A DNA stretch of 47,583 nucleotides, from positions 1-47,583 of IMG/VR virus record IMGVR_UViG_3300032233_003111. One strand, written 5' to 3'. Source of the DNA: a virus (Duplodnaviria > Caudoviricetes). Every line of letters begins with the position of its first letter. Position 1 is the stretch's first letter. The notes beneath the pieces are model-generated. The model was not told the DNA's origin. It was given only the letters and a program-made list of their open reading frames with translations, and searched no databases. The position numbers and the translations under genes were made by a program. Of this stretch, positions 1-9,858 are shown piece after piece.

Positions 1-1
1 C

Positions 2-364
2 AATTGCTATGCCCTCACTTCAGTATCACTTTCTGATACTTCTTCAGTGACAGATATGAGTAGTATGTTTGGATATTGTACTTCACTCACTTCAGTATCT
101 CTTCCTGATACTTCTTCAGTGACGAGTATGAGTTATATGTTCCCCGGTTGCTATGCCCTACAAGAAGCAACTATGCCTGGAACAGCGACTGATATTAGTT
201 ATGCAGACTGCCTCCTCGGTCGCCAAGCAATCGTAGACATCTTTAATGGACTTGGAACAGTTTCTGGACAAACCATAAATATTTCAAATAACTATGGTGT
301 TGCAGATTTAATCTCTGCAGATTATGATATTGCAACTGAAAAGGGATGGACTATAGTCGCTTAG
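2..364 (+). CDS. C-terminal part of BspA/DUF285-like leucine-rich-repeat protein (5' truncated by window)
   Basis: Frame is open from nt 2. Repeats DTSSVTxMSxMFxxCxxL. C-terminal cap (LLGRQAIVDIFNGLG...NYG...IATEKGW) is paralogous to the end of 1072..3066. Confidence 0.75.
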   Translation, partial: NCYALTSVSLSDTSSVTDMSSMFGYCTSLTSVSLPDTSSVTSMSYMFPGCYALQEATMPGTATDISYADCLLGRQAIVDIFNGLGTVSGQTINISNNYGVADLISADYDIATEKGWTIVA

Positions 365-396
365 TACCCATGTCTATTAATGGTTTAATAAATATC

Positions 397-405
397 GGAA
401 AACTA
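397..405 (+). promoter_or_regulatory. Putative late-promoter motif GGHAWHCTA (GGAAAACTA)
   Basis: Motif recurs intergenically about 20-35 nt upstream of starts at 397, 1028, 3077, 3396, 4078, 4419, 26347, 33923 and 35297(-). Confidence 0.6.
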
Positions 406-426
406 ATCTAGATTAGTCTTAGTAGC

Positions 427-882
427 ATGTCTGGATTTGGATCGCGTTCAACAAGAAAAAGCGGCTTCCTGGATGGCAAGGCTACTGGTCAATTTATTGA
501 TTCGCATAAAAACTGGTCAGAGGCCAATCCAGTATTACTGTCTGGACAACTTGGTATTGAAAGTGACACCGGTAGATTAAAATGGGGAGATGGTCGCACT
601 GACTGGAATGACTTGGCATACAGAAATGATGTTCCGTCTGATGAATATGAACTTGTTAGATCCGAAAAGGATGCCAATAACATTTTTACCGTGATTACAT
701 ATAAGCGTCGCTATAGTGCAACTATCTTCAAGACTAGCACCCTAACTGGCGGCACTTCCCCATCTTATACGACTCGTACAGTTCGTTATTTTGCAGAAGA
801 CGGTCAAACTATTATCAGTACAATTGTCTATAATTTAGAGTATGATGGAGATGGAGAACTTATTCGTCAAATTCTTGATTGA
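427..882 (+). CDS. Phage protein with major-tropism-determinant/hyaluronidase N-terminal-like domain
   Basis: WSEANPVLLSGQLGIESDTGRLKWGDGRTDWNDLAY matches the Mtd-N signature (NPxLxxGExGxExDTxxxKxGDG..W..L.Y). Confidence 0.7.
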   Translation: MSGFGSRSTRKSGFLDGKATGQFIDSHKNWSEANPVLLSGQLGIESDTGRLKWGDGRTDWNDLAYRNDVPSDEYELVRSEKDANNIFTVITYKRRYSATIFKTSTLTGGTSPSYTTRTVRYFAEDGQTIISTIVYNLEYDGDGELIRQILD

Positions 883-1071
883 TCCATCTAACGATCAAAA
901 ATGTATTCATTTTTAATGAAGTAGAAGCAGGTACTGTTATTACTACAGGCTAACCGTTCTTTGAAGAGTTTAAAGAAAAAACTGAAAAGAACGGTTAATT
1001 GACCTTGGCACTGATATTTCAAGTCTAGGTAATCTATTAATGCCAGAATTTAATGTTTAACTAATTAGGCC

Positions 1072-3066
1072 ATGAATAACGACCTGCAAGCACATGGCCT
1101 AATTGGCAACAAAAGCAGTACTGAGCAATATGCTAGTTGGATCAGGCCAACTGATTGGCTAGAGATGCCAACTATTGAATCAACAGAGCAAAAGTTTGCT
1201 GGACTATTTGCTATCTACAATCAACCACTAAATCTAGCAGCAGTAAAATTTGAAGGAGATTATACTGTCAACTGGGGAGACGGAACCACACAAAATTTCA
1301 GTTCTGGAGAAACAGCAGAACATGCCTACGACTGGACAGATATTCCTGCTAGTACCCTAACAACAGAAGGATACAGGCAGGCACTTGTTATCGTCACACC
1401 ACAGACGGGACAAGATCTGAATACGATGGATCTAAGTGTAAGGCATTCTGAACTGGCTTACTATAGTCAAACATCGTGGCTAGATATTAAACTATCAATG
1501 CCAAATGCAGATAATACGGAAACCGGAGCTCCCTTAGTATTTTCACAGTGGAATTCATGCCTAGAAAGCATAAATATTATCCACTCAGGTGGACAATATA
1601 ACTTCGGCAATTGCTTTAGCTATCTGTACAATTTAGGTAGTATAATTATAGAAAACTGGGACAATGTTGTTAATATAACTTCATGTTTTGAAGGCTGTTA
1701 TTCATTAAAAACCGTATCACTTGCTACGGCACCATTATTAACTACTGCAGAATATGCATTTTACGACTGCCCTTCACTTGAGCGCATAGCATTTCCTAGT
1801 ACACCATTGCTAGACAATGTTTACGAGACATTTTCATACTGTTATCGCTTAAAGTCAGTTTCTATACCAACTCTTGGCCTGGTTACAAATCCCGAATATA
1901 CTTTTTATGATTGCGTTGCATTAAAAACTTTGTCGATACAGGATATGTCATTAGTAACTGATGTAAGCACCATGCTTCCTTACTCTTCAGACGCTCTTGA
2001 CTCATTATCTATCGGCAATGCGTCTTCTCTAACCAGTCTCGATGCCTTGCTTGAAGACTGCAATGCGCTTACATCTTTCTCGATAGAAAATATGTCATCA
2101 GTTACTGACATAAGCAGTGCATTCAATGACTGTAATGCTCTTGAATCTGTATCTATAGGAGATATGTCATCGGTCACTAATGTATACAATGTATTTCACA
2201 TAGATGCGCTCAAATACATAACAATAGACAATATGTCATCCGTAACCGATGCAACACTTATGTTTCACAGTTATTCTATTCGCTCTTTATCCATAAATGA
2301 TATGTCATCAGTTACAGATGTGTCGCAAATGTTAACTGGCTATAATTATAACTTTATATCTATTAATGATATGTCATCAGTTATAGATACAACAAATATG
2401 TTTGGTAATGTTTATGGTGTTATTTCTGTATCAATAAATGATATGTCATCAGTGACTAATGCATCAAATATGTTTAAGGACCTTTATTCTCTTGAATCTG
2501 TAACAATTGGCAACATGTCCTCTGTAACAAACATGACACAAATGTTTTTATCCAACAGTAGTCTTAAATCCGTATCACTTGGTAGTACGCCACTGGCAAC
2601 AAACATGACTGGAACATTTCAATACTGTCGCTCCCTTAAATCAATTACAGGACTAGATACATCTTCTGCAATAAATATGAATAACATGTTTTCTAATTGC
2701 GATTCACTTCAATCTATAACATTAACCAATACATCTTCTGCGGAGAGCATGGCAGGAATATTTACTAGCTGCTGGAGTTTATCAAAAGTTGAACTATCGG
2801 ACATGTCAAATGTAGCTGATTGTGCTTACATGTTTAATGGAGGGGGTTACACCCTTAGGCGCCTTCAATCAATAAGTATTCCTGGACTAACAGTAGAGAT
2901 AGATCTCAGCAATCTTTTGCTTAGTCGCAATGCAATTGTTGATATATTTAACGACCTTGGCACTGCTTCTTCTTATATTAATGTAAGCGGAAATTACGGA
3001 GCACTAGAACTAACAGAAGCAGATATTGCAATTGCAACAGATAAGGGTTGGGCTGTTAGCTACTAA
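1072..3066 (+). CDS. BspA/DUF285-like LRR protein (664 aa), probably virion- or surface-associated
   Basis: Many ~22-23-aa repeats (SIxDMSSVTxxxxMF), N-terminal YTVNWGDG PKD-like motif, late motif upstream. Confidence 0.75.
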   Translation: MNNDLQAHGLIGNKSSTEQYASWIRPTDWLEMPTIESTEQKFAGLFAIYNQPLNLAAVKFEGDYTVNWGDGTTQNFSSGETAEHAYDWTDIPASTLTTEGYRQALVIVTPQTGQDLNTMDLSVRHSELAYYSQTSWLDIKLSMPNADNTETGAPLVFSQWNSCLESINIIHSGGQYNFGNCFSYLYNLGSIIIENWDNVVNITSCFEGCYSLKTVSLATAPLLTTAEYAFYDCPSLERIAFPSTPLLDNVYETFSYCYRLKSVSIPTLGLVTNPEYTFYDCVALKTLSIQDMSLVTDVSTMLPYSSDALDSLSIGNASSLTSLDALLEDCNALTSFSIENMSSVTDISSAFNDCNALESVSIGDMSSVTNVYNVFHIDALKYITIDNMSSVTDATLMFHSYSIRSLSINDMSSVTDVSQMLTGYNYNFISINDMSSVIDTTNMFGNVYGVISVSINDMSSVTNASNMFKDLYSLESVTIGNMSSVTNMTQMFLSNSSLKSVSLGSTPLATNMTGTFQYCRSLKSITGLDTSSAINMNNMFSNCDSLQSITLTNTSSAESMAGIFTSCWSLSKVELSDMSNVADCAYMFNGGGYTLRRLQSISIPGLTVEIDLSNLLLSRNAIVDIFNDLGTASSYINVSGNYGALELTEADIAIATDKGWAVSY

Positions 3067-3105
3067 TCTATGTGTTGGCAACCTACCATTAGTTAATGTT
3101 GTTTT

Positions 3106-3387
3106 ATGACTGAAATCATTGCCGCAGGTTTTTATAAACGCGAGGAAGAAGCAACGACTCTGTTATTTGCTCCAAATGCTGTTTACATGCCTGATAACAT
3201 CTCCCTTCTAGCTGAGCAGAAGACGGAGTACCAGTATCCTGTAAATGGGTGGAGCTGGTTTGATACCAAGGAGCAGGCCTATGCCTATTATGGCCTTGAA
3301 ATTCCTGTCGAACCAGGGCTGCCAACAGAACCCACGAAGATTCCCCCTGCCGATCGTCCCAAACGAACACGAGGCAACAATCCGTAA
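3106..3387 (+). CDS. Hypothetical phage protein
   Basis: ATG-started ORF preceded by the late motif at 3077. Contains YQYPVNGWSWFD. Confidence 0.65.
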   Translation: MTEIIAAGFYKREEEATTLLFAPNAVYMPDNISLLAEQKTEYQYPVNGWSWFDTKEQAYAYYGLEIPVEPGLPTEPTKIPPADRPKRTRGNNP

Positions 3388-3425
3388 ATCTAACCGGAAT
3401 ACTATCTAGCAGAGCAGAACATTCG

Positions 3426-3809
3426 ATGTATCTCCGTAACTTTCCTAGTGAGTTTGTCAAGGACGGCAAGAGTCGCCTTGCATATTACAGTGCGGAAGCT
3501 CGTGACCTGAAAGCCCTTGGCTGGAAGGAAAAACGCAAGGAAGAAAAGCGCGTCAAGCCCGTACAAGAGGCGCCTGCAGCACCCCCTGCAAAGCCGGTTG
3601 AACAGGCAGAAGTAACCGTTGAGCCCACTCCTGCTCCTGAGCCTGCTCCTGAGACTATTACGGTTTCCGAGATCGTTGTGGATGAAAAGCCTGACTTTAA
3701 TAGCTTTACCAGGGCTGAACTACTTAAGTACGCCTTGGATCGCGGTATCGACCTCCCTAATAATGCCCTCAAGGCAGAACTTGTCGAAGCTTGCAGCGCA
3801 CTGAAGTGA
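3426..3809 (+). CDS. Hypothetical protein with Pro/Ala/Glu linker and C-terminal HeH/Rho-N-like motif
   Basis: C-terminus FTRAELLKYALDRGIDLPNNALKAELV. Late motif at 3396. Confidence 0.6.
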   Translation: MYLRNFPSEFVKDGKSRLAYYSAEARDLKALGWKEKRKEEKRVKPVQEAPAAPPAKPVEQAEVTVEPTPAPEPAPETITVSEIVVDEKPDFNSFTRAELLKYALDRGIDLPNNALKAELVEACSALK

Positions 3810-3991
3810 ACGAAGTTCAGTATCTAGTTGGACCAAGGATTCTTCCTGATGGAAGAAACATGGATGCTGACATTATTGCCACGCATCCTATCGTTTCAAG
3901 GCGTCAGATTACTGATCCTGTATCTGACGGCAGCCTTGGCGAGCCCGGTTACGAACCAGGACAGTTTAATCAAGACGGATCTCCTCTTTGA
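3791..3991 (+). CDS. Hypothetical protein (start uncertain, possibly GTG 3806)
   Basis: Fills the gap between flanking same-strand genes. Confidence 0.5.
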   Translation: MQRTEVNEVQYLVGPRILPDGRNMDADIIATHPIVSRRQITDPVSDGSLGEPGYEPGQFNQDGSPL

Positions 3992-3993
3992 TC

Positions 3994-4074
3994 ATGGCAC
4001 TACCAAGAATTATTGCTATTCAAACTTCACAAGGTAACAAGCCAAAGCCTAAAAAGAAAGGCACAAAGCGTTGA
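3994..4074 (+). CDS. Tiny basic peptide MALPRIIAIQTSQGNKPKPKKKGTKR
   Basis: Read manually. ATG lies 2 nt after the upstream stop, and the ORF ends just before the late motif at 4078. Confidence 0.4.
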   Translation: MALPRIIAIQTSQGNKPKPKKKGTKR

Positions 4075-4107
4075 CGTGGAATACTAAGACAGGTCGATTC
4101 TTGTCTG

Positions 4108-4410
4108 ATGGCTGAATCTAAACGAAAAAGATCAACGGCAGATTTTTACGCCAGCCATCCAGAGTCTTACAAGAAAAAACTTGCCTACGATAAAAAGCGT
4201 AACGCTCGTTCTGATCGCAAAAAATATCGTGCTGAATTAGCACGAGAGCGCAGAGCGCGTGGAATTATGGGTAGGGGTGGACCGGATGTAAGCCATACTG
4301 CCGATGGTGGTTTCAAGCTAGAAAATCCATCCAAAAATCGTGCCCGTAATGGCCATGGCAACAATGGCAGGCTCGCTCCTGGAAAAGGTACTAAGCGCAG
4401 CAAACGCTAG
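4108..4410 (+). CDS. Small basic HNH-like protein
   Basis: GPDVSHTADGGFKLENPSKNRARN resembles a degenerate HNH core (DVxH...NRxRN). Arg/Lys-rich. Confidence 0.55.
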   Translation: MAESKRKRSTADFYASHPESYKKKLAYDKKRNARSDRKKYRAELARERRARGIMGRGGPDVSHTADGGFKLENPSKNRARNGHGNNGRLAPGKGTKRSKR

Positions 4411-4447
4411 TTCATCTAGGAAACCTAAAAGAGCATCGGAGCGAGCA

Positions 4448-4723
4448 ATGGGCACGCCTGTCCAATTTGCGAATTTAATCATTCGCTCAGTTATTGCTTG
4501 CTATGCTGTATGGGGAACGGTTGTAATCGCCGACCTCGCGGCATGTGAAGCAAGAAGGCCTGGGGAATGTGATTCACAAAGGGCAGAGCTACGTGGCGCT
4601 GCTACGACCATTCCTGCAACACTGCTTGCCTGGCTTGCTGACTCTCCAGTCAGCGCTGCTGGTGGCATCGTTCAGAAACTAACCAGTCGGAAGACACGTC
4701 AACAATCGGACGTGGAGTCATGA
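4448..4723 (+). CDS. Hypothetical membrane protein (possible holin)
   Basis: Two hydrophobic stretches, upstream of the endolysin. ATG 4448 follows the late motif at 4419. Confidence 0.5.
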   Translation: MGTPVQFANLIIRSVIACYAVWGTVVIADLAACEARRPGECDSQRAELRGAATTIPATLLAWLADSPVSAAGGIVQKLTSRKTRQQSDVES

Positions 4724-4724
4724 G

Positions 4725-5072
4725 ATGGATTCAAATGATCAATCTGTTTCACACGTAGACCTATATCATAAGCTAGGAAAACTTGAAGGATTAATGGAGA
4801 CGATGATGGCAAGCGTCTCTACGTTTCAACTTGCTATCAAAGATGTCCATAGTCGCATTGATGCACTAGAAAAAAGGCAAACAGAACTTGAAAATAAAAG
4901 ATCATCCCAAAATGGTGCGATGTCTGCGTTAGCAGTACTTGGCAAAGATTTTGCAATTCCTATATTAGCTGTAGTTGTTACTTGGTCTGTTGCTAAAAGC
5001 ACCTCACCACCGCCTGATGCATTGCCACAAATTTTAGAACAAACACCTCATCATTATAGGTTGGAAAAATAA
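4725..5072 (+). CDS. Coiled-coil protein with C-terminal TM segment (holin/XhlA-like candidate)
   Basis: Heptad region plus hydrophobic FAIPILAVVVTW, immediately upstream of the endolysin. Confidence 0.5.
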   Translation: MDSNDQSVSHVDLYHKLGKLEGLMETMMASVSTFQLAIKDVHSRIDALEKRQTELENKRSSQNGAMSALAVLGKDFAIPILAVVVTWSVAKSTSPPPDALPQILEQTPHHYRLEK

Positions 5073-5090
5073 GCAGGTTGTTTTATTTTT

Positions 5091-6212
5091 ATGTCAAGAT
5101 CATCGGACGCTATAAGAACAATAGCGATTAATGCTGGTGCAAAATGGCCAGAACTTGTTGTAGCACAATGGCATCTTGAAAGCGCCCAAGGGACTGCAAC
5201 TTCAGGAAAGAATAATTTCTTTGGCCTTAAGGGAGATGGTAGTATTAAGCAAACAACCGAATATGTAAACGGTATTCCTATTAACATAAAAGATGCATTC
5301 ATTGACTTTAATACACCACAAGAATGTATCGAATATTTGGTTGAAAGATGGTATAAAGACTGGAAAGGATATAAAGGAGTTAATAATGCTAAAACTGCAA
5401 AAGATGCTGCTAAAATGCTTCAATCGGAAGGCTATGCTACTGATCCTGAATATGCGGATAAGTTGATTCGCGTAATGGCTCAATATGATAATCAGCAACA
5501 ACCCATGACTGCTTCTAACTATGTCGACCTAGTTGATGTTCCTTCTAACTTTAAGGGACTAAAGCATCAGGTTGCAGCATTGCGTGACTTGAATGATTCG
5601 CTGACGAAAGAACAGCATGAGCAATTCACTAAAACCTGGCGATCTATTACTGCAGAAGAAAAGCCTGTTGCTAAACCCAAGTTTCCGCTAAACGTTCCAT
5701 ATTTCTACCAAAGAGATAGTAAGACTGGGCATGGTGAACGGATGTGCCAATCTAGTTCGATTGCAATGCGCATTGAACAAATTGATCCAAGTATTATTGG
5801 TGATGACGATAGTTACTTTTCTATTGTAAGCAGATTTGGTGATACTGTATCACAAACTGCACATCAAAAAGCTCTTGACTATCTTGGATTGAAGCATCAG
5901 TTCCGCCAGAATGGAAACGAGCAACTATTGTGCGATCTGCTCGACAAAGGAATTGCTGTTCCGATTGGAATTCTTCACAAAGGTTCTATTGATCGACCAA
6001 GCGGTGGCGGCCATTGGATTGTCCTAATCGGACATGATAAGGAATTTTTCTATTGCCACGATCCGTTTGGAGAGCTTGACCTGATCAATGGCGGATATAT
6101 CAAGACTGGTCCCACCGATGGAAAGAACCAGCGATATACTCGAAAAAACCTAATGAAACGTTGGCTTATTTCATCGAAGTCTGATGGCTGGCTGTGGATT
6201 ATCGAAAAATGA
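5091..6212 (+). CDS. Endolysin: GH73 glucosaminidase + C39-like cysteine peptidase domain
   Basis: AQWHLES, NNFFGLK and GYATDPEY are GH73 motifs. NVPYFYQRD, CQSSSIAM, GGHWIVLIG and HDPFG are peptidase C39-like motifs. Confidence 0.85.
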   Translation: MSRSSDAIRTIAINAGAKWPELVVAQWHLESAQGTATSGKNNFFGLKGDGSIKQTTEYVNGIPINIKDAFIDFNTPQECIEYLVERWYKDWKGYKGVNNAKTAKDAAKMLQSEGYATDPEYADKLIRVMAQYDNQQQPMTASNYVDLVDVPSNFKGLKHQVAALRDLNDSLTKEQHEQFTKTWRSITAEEKPVAKPKFPLNVPYFYQRDSKTGHGERMCQSSSIAMRIEQIDPSIIGDDDSYFSIVSRFGDTVSQTAHQKALDYLGLKHQFRQNGNEQLLCDLLDKGIAVPIGILHKGSIDRPSGGGHWIVLIGHDKEFFYCHDPFGELDLINGGYIKTGPTDGKNQRYTRKNLMKRWLISSKSDGWLWIIEK

Positions 6213-6424
6213 AACAAGCAATCCTAGACATCCTTCCTGGATATATGTTTGATGGCAGAAGGCTACTTTCTACTGGTGTAGCTATTCCACCTACTCAACA
6301 TATTGACAAAAAAACTGGAGAAGTTATGTACTATGTTAGACCGATCTATGAATTTGGTCCATCAGTTGGCATGTTTATTAGACATGAAGGCATCGTAAAC
6401 TATATAAATAGTCAAACTAATTAA
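6209..6424 (+). CDS. Hypothetical protein
   Basis: ATGA overlap with the endolysin stop. Confidence 0.55.
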   Translation: MKQAILDILPGYMFDGRRLLSTGVAIPPTQHIDKKTGEVMYYVRPIYEFGPSVGMFIRHEGIVNYINSQTN

Positions 6425-6864
6425 ACCGCGCTTTTATCATCAAAGTCATCTCCGGCCATGTAAACCATTCCGGGGATGCTTTCGATTAACTCCTTAAAAT
6501 ACTTATGAATTCTTGCTGGTTCCCACTTGCAAGATATATATAATGCATTACCAATTTTATTCATAGCAATTGTATGACCAATTGTCCAAGCCTTACCACT
6601 GATAGCATCTTCTTTTACTTTATTCGCTGCCACCAATAAATTCAACTCAGCCAGTTCGGTCGATTGACTTGATGTAAGATTGGCATGAGTATATCTATCT
6701 TCATCAATAGCAACAAGAATTTTTTCGCCACAGAATCTAACGACCGAGTTCAATGAATTGAAGGTCCAAGCAACTATAGATGTAATTGAATTACCTATGA
6801 ATAAATTCATGGTAATAATCGATCCAATAATGCTAGCGATCGTTTTAAAAGTAAAGTTCTTCAC
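6421..6864 (-). CDS. Hypothetical protein
   Basis: GTGA overlap with the helicase stop; 147 aa. Confidence 0.6.
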   Translation of the reverse strand: MKNFTFKTIASIIGSIITMNLFIGNSITSIVAWTFNSLNSVVRFCGEKILVAIDEDRYTHANLTSSQSTELAELNLLVAANKVKEDAISGKAWTIGHTIAMNKIGNALYISCKWEPARIHKYFKELIESIPGMVYMAGDDFDDKSAV

Positions 6865-8666
6865 GGTTCGTACTTACGACTTTTAAGCACAAGTGGATGT
6901 TGCATTGTATCATCAGCTTTTAAGGTGCAAGTAGAATACTCAATTTGAATAATTGACTTTTCGACCTGTCCTCCATTGATCATGGTGAGCTGATCATCGA
7001 ATCCAGACGACTCCCAGAATACCTGTCCCTCCCGTGCTTTAGAGTGCCAAACTTCAATTTTCTGTGAGGACGGTTCACCGACCGCTTGCCGTTGGCGACG
7101 CACAAGCCATACAGCATGGGAGACGTGGGCAAGCGCATCAGTACCACGAATCTGGTCCTGTTGTGGAGCAGGAGATGGCTCGTTTCTAGCGGCAGCAGCA
7201 GCCTCCGTCTTGATGCTAACTTGGTTCATTTGAGCCATGACAAACAGGTCAATGCCAAGCTCCTTCGCTGCACCCATCAACTTATAGGCACGTTCTTCAA
7301 GCATTGATGCTTCTCCGATAGGAGCACTCTTATGCCTTGTCAAGCTATGGAAGTGATCAAGAAAGACTGCCCTAAGCTCTGGATTGCGTGCCTTCATGGA
7401 GCGCATCGAGTTGATAACAGCGTCAACACATGCACCCCATGGAGCTTCGATCAAAAGCTTTCCCTTTGAATCCTGAATAGCACCAGCAAGAAGACCAAGA
7501 AGACTTGCAATGCCTGATCTATGTTCTTTGTTTGGGTTCTGCAGTTCTGTTACTGTAATGTAACCAAGCCCACTTTCGGTTGCTGTCCAGTGATAACCCT
7601 GTCTACCAAAAAGCTTTCTACTAAGCGAAGCAAAAAGCCTGGCCTCAATAGCTACCGAATCAAGCTCAGCAGAAATGAATCCAACAGTCAGCCCACCAGA
7701 AACAAGCGATGTTGCCATATGAACTGCGCATGCTGATTTGCCGACCGATGTTCTAGCAGCAAATGTAAATACGCGTCCACCTACTGGTGCATTGATCTTT
7801 GGCCTCGAAACACCACCACCAATATCAAGATCGATTGCTGGAAACGAGGTAGATACAGGTTTCTCAACATGCCCATCTTCGTTAAGCCTGTCGACCCAGT
7901 TTGCTCTTTGACTACCAAGATTACCAATGATAGAATCAATAGCATTTACAGCATGGCCTTGTGAGCCAATAGTGCCGCGAATCATTGCGACACCTTCCAT
8001 CGCACGCTTCTGAAGAAACTCTAATGCTTCTTCAAGCTTTGCGTCTGCTTTAATATTTTGCTTTGCTACATGCAGTGTTTCGAGATAAAGTGATCTTACC
8101 CTAAACTGCTTAAGAACATCAAGTGCAGTTGCCCATTCTGACTGGGACTCTCCGTATTGCTCCATGAGGAGCGGATCGGAAAGTTCAAAGATAACTTGAT
8201 TGAAATCAATAACTGTAATAATACGTGAAGCATCAGTTCTCATGCTGTAGTTAGCAACAAGAGAATCTCTTGAGATCAATTGATTATTTGCCTGACCAAT
8301 AAATGTCAGATCGATTTCGCTTGCAATTGCCTTAAATCTAATATCTGACCACAGGGAAGAAGGAACAGTTTGACCATTGCCAACACCAAATGCACTCCTG
8401 AGCTCAGCCCACCTTTCCCTGGCAAGACCAGAAGGAGAAGCAAGTACTTTGCTAAGTACAATTGCTTCTTGCGGTGTAGTATCTTCGCGCTCTTGGATAC
8501 TTGTTGGCTGGAGCTTATCAACAATCCTCGCAACCTGGATGGCATCATTAGCAATCTCATTATTGCAAGAGATGACCTGACCATCCTTGACGTCAAGAAG
8601 ACCAATGTCTACGGCCTTCTTAATGTAAAACGGAAGATCAGAATGCATGTCCATTTTCATCATCAT
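6861..8666 (-). CDS. dnaB: DnaB-like (SF4) replicative helicase
   Basis: Walker A AARTSVGKS, FISAEL, Walker B VFLDHFH, AQMNQ, IRGTDALAH, KAREG. Confidence 0.8.
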   Translation of the reverse strand: MMMKMDMHSDLPFYIKKAVDIGLLDVKDGQVISCNNEIANDAIQVARIVDKLQPTSIQEREDTTPQEAIVLSKVLASPSGLARERWAELRSAFGVGNGQTVPSSLWSDIRFKAIASEIDLTFIGQANNQLISRDSLVANYSMRTDASRIITVIDFNQVIFELSDPLLMEQYGESQSEWATALDVLKQFRVRSLYLETLHVAKQNIKADAKLEEALEFLQKRAMEGVAMIRGTIGSQGHAVNAIDSIIGNLGSQRANWVDRLNEDGHVEKPVSTSFPAIDLDIGGGVSRPKINAPVGGRVFTFAARTSVGKSACAVHMATSLVSGGLTVGFISAELDSVAIEARLFASLSRKLFGRQGYHWTATESGLGYITVTELQNPNKEHRSGIASLLGLLAGAIQDSKGKLLIEAPWGACVDAVINSMRSMKARNPELRAVFLDHFHSLTRHKSAPIGEASMLEERAYKLMGAAKELGIDLFVMAQMNQVSIKTEAAAAARNEPSPAPQQDQIRGTDALAHVSHAVWLVRRQRQAVGEPSSQKIEVWHSKAREGQVFWESSGFDDQLTMINGGQVEKSIIQIEYSTCTLKADDTMQHPLVLKSRKYEP

Positions 8667-9663
8667 AGCTCCAGTTTACAATCCTTGAAGATGCGGGTTC
8701 GGGTGTTTCTGTTGGCCAATCCTTAATGCCAAACTTAAATCTAAACTTTGCTGGATTGAGACCAATATCTACGATAGCTTTCTCTGTTCTAATGACATAC
8801 AAACGATGGTCGTCTGTTACGCTACGTTCTCTATATGCCTGACTATACAATGTTTGAGCAGCATCGTATTCATCAATAATGTTTCGATATGCGGCAGGAT
8901 AAACAGTAGTATCAGACCTTTCATCTTCCTCAACACTACTGGATGGTGCTTCTATGCCATCATTAAACAATGCATAAACATTTGCCTTCTTTTTATCTGT
9001 TGGTGCGCCGATACCAGTAATAGATTGAAGTGTCTTATTTGAATTTGTTTTGGACCAGAAATCAGAACGCTCTACACCAGTCTTCAGAACAGAAAAGAAC
9101 TCTTCATAGTCATGAGATTTTACACTCAAGTCTTTCATATGAAGATCAATAGCTTTTACGAGTTGACTGCTAATACGTCTAATCTTTCTATAATCTTTAG
9201 GACGATAACGGTTCCATGCATCAGTAGCTTCCTGCAGGTAATCCCTTGGCTTTGGCTTTTCCTCTGCTTGAAGCGTAGCCTGTTTTACTACTTCATTAGT
9301 ACCAGCAATTTCTTCGATTTGTGATTCAAGCCATTTCCTCTTCTTCTTGAGATTCAACAATATCGGCATGGGATCACAAACAACAATTTGTGTATCATTG
9401 CCCTTAATAAAACCAAGCTCTCTCAATTCAACTAGACATCTAGTTCTCGTGGATCTATGAATATTCAAGCAGCGATCCATGACACTATTGCTTACAGGCT
9501 TAAAACCTATCTGATTGATCAATAGCATCAACAAAAGTTTTGAATTTGAATGCAGTTCGTCACAGATAATCAGTTGAAAAGGAACCTTGACGAAGGAATT
9601 GACGTTCCAATCGCTCTCCTTTGAAACAATAAATGGCATTTGGCCCTTGGCGGTCTGGAGCAT
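8638..9663 (-). CDS. Putative replication initiator (N-terminal winged HTH)
   Basis: HTH-like CLNIHRSTRTRCLVELRELGFI. Lies upstream of the helicase and directly beside the repeat array. Confidence 0.55.
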   Translation of the reverse strand: MLQTAKGQMPFIVSKESDWNVNSFVKVPFQLIICDELHSNSKLLLMLLINQIGFKPVSNSVMDRCLNIHRSTRTRCLVELRELGFIKGNDTQIVVCDPMPILLNLKKKRKWLESQIEEIAGTNEVVKQATLQAEEKPKPRDYLQEATDAWNRYRPKDYRKIRRISSQLVKAIDLHMKDLSVKSHDYEEFFSVLKTGVERSDFWSKTNSNKTLQSITGIGAPTDKKKANVYALFNDGIEAPSSSVEEDERSDTTVYPAAYRNIIDEYDAAQTLYSQAYRERSVTDDHRLYVIRTEKAIVDIGLNPAKFRFKFGIKDWPTETPEPASSRIVNWSYDDENGHAF

Positions 9664-9678
9664 GGCAACGGCAGCTTA

Positions 9679-9858
9679 GCGCGAAAAATGCGACAGCGCA
9701 ACCGGGTGCGCAAAAACCGACAGGCTGGGGGGTGCGCAAAAACCGACAATGCTGCAAAATGTGGCAGTAACAGTGCTGCAAAATGTGGCAGCCAGGGTGC
9801 GCAAAATGTGGCAGTGCAGGTGCGCAAAATGTGGCAATGGGGTGCGCAAAATGCGACA
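9679..9858. repeat. Eight imperfect 17-bp direct repeats (GTGCGCAAAATGTGGCA-like); putative iterons/origin
   Basis: Copies start at about 9679, 9706, 9732, 9750, 9774, 9797, 9820 and 9842, followed by an AT-rich stretch at about 9860-9945. Confidence 0.8.

Noticed and set aside
427-882. Diversity-generating retroelement suggested by the Mtd-N-like domain
   Set aside because: No reverse transcriptase and no TR/VR pair differing at adenines seen in the window.
952-997. Inverted repeat AACCGTTCTT...AAGAACGGTT in the 883-1071 gap
   Set aside because: Single occurrence with a long loop and no U-tract; no function can be supported.
9679-9858. Possible mini-CRISPR array
   Set aside because: Repeats are only 17 bp with 1-10-nt spacers and there are no cas genes. 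It fits iterons better.
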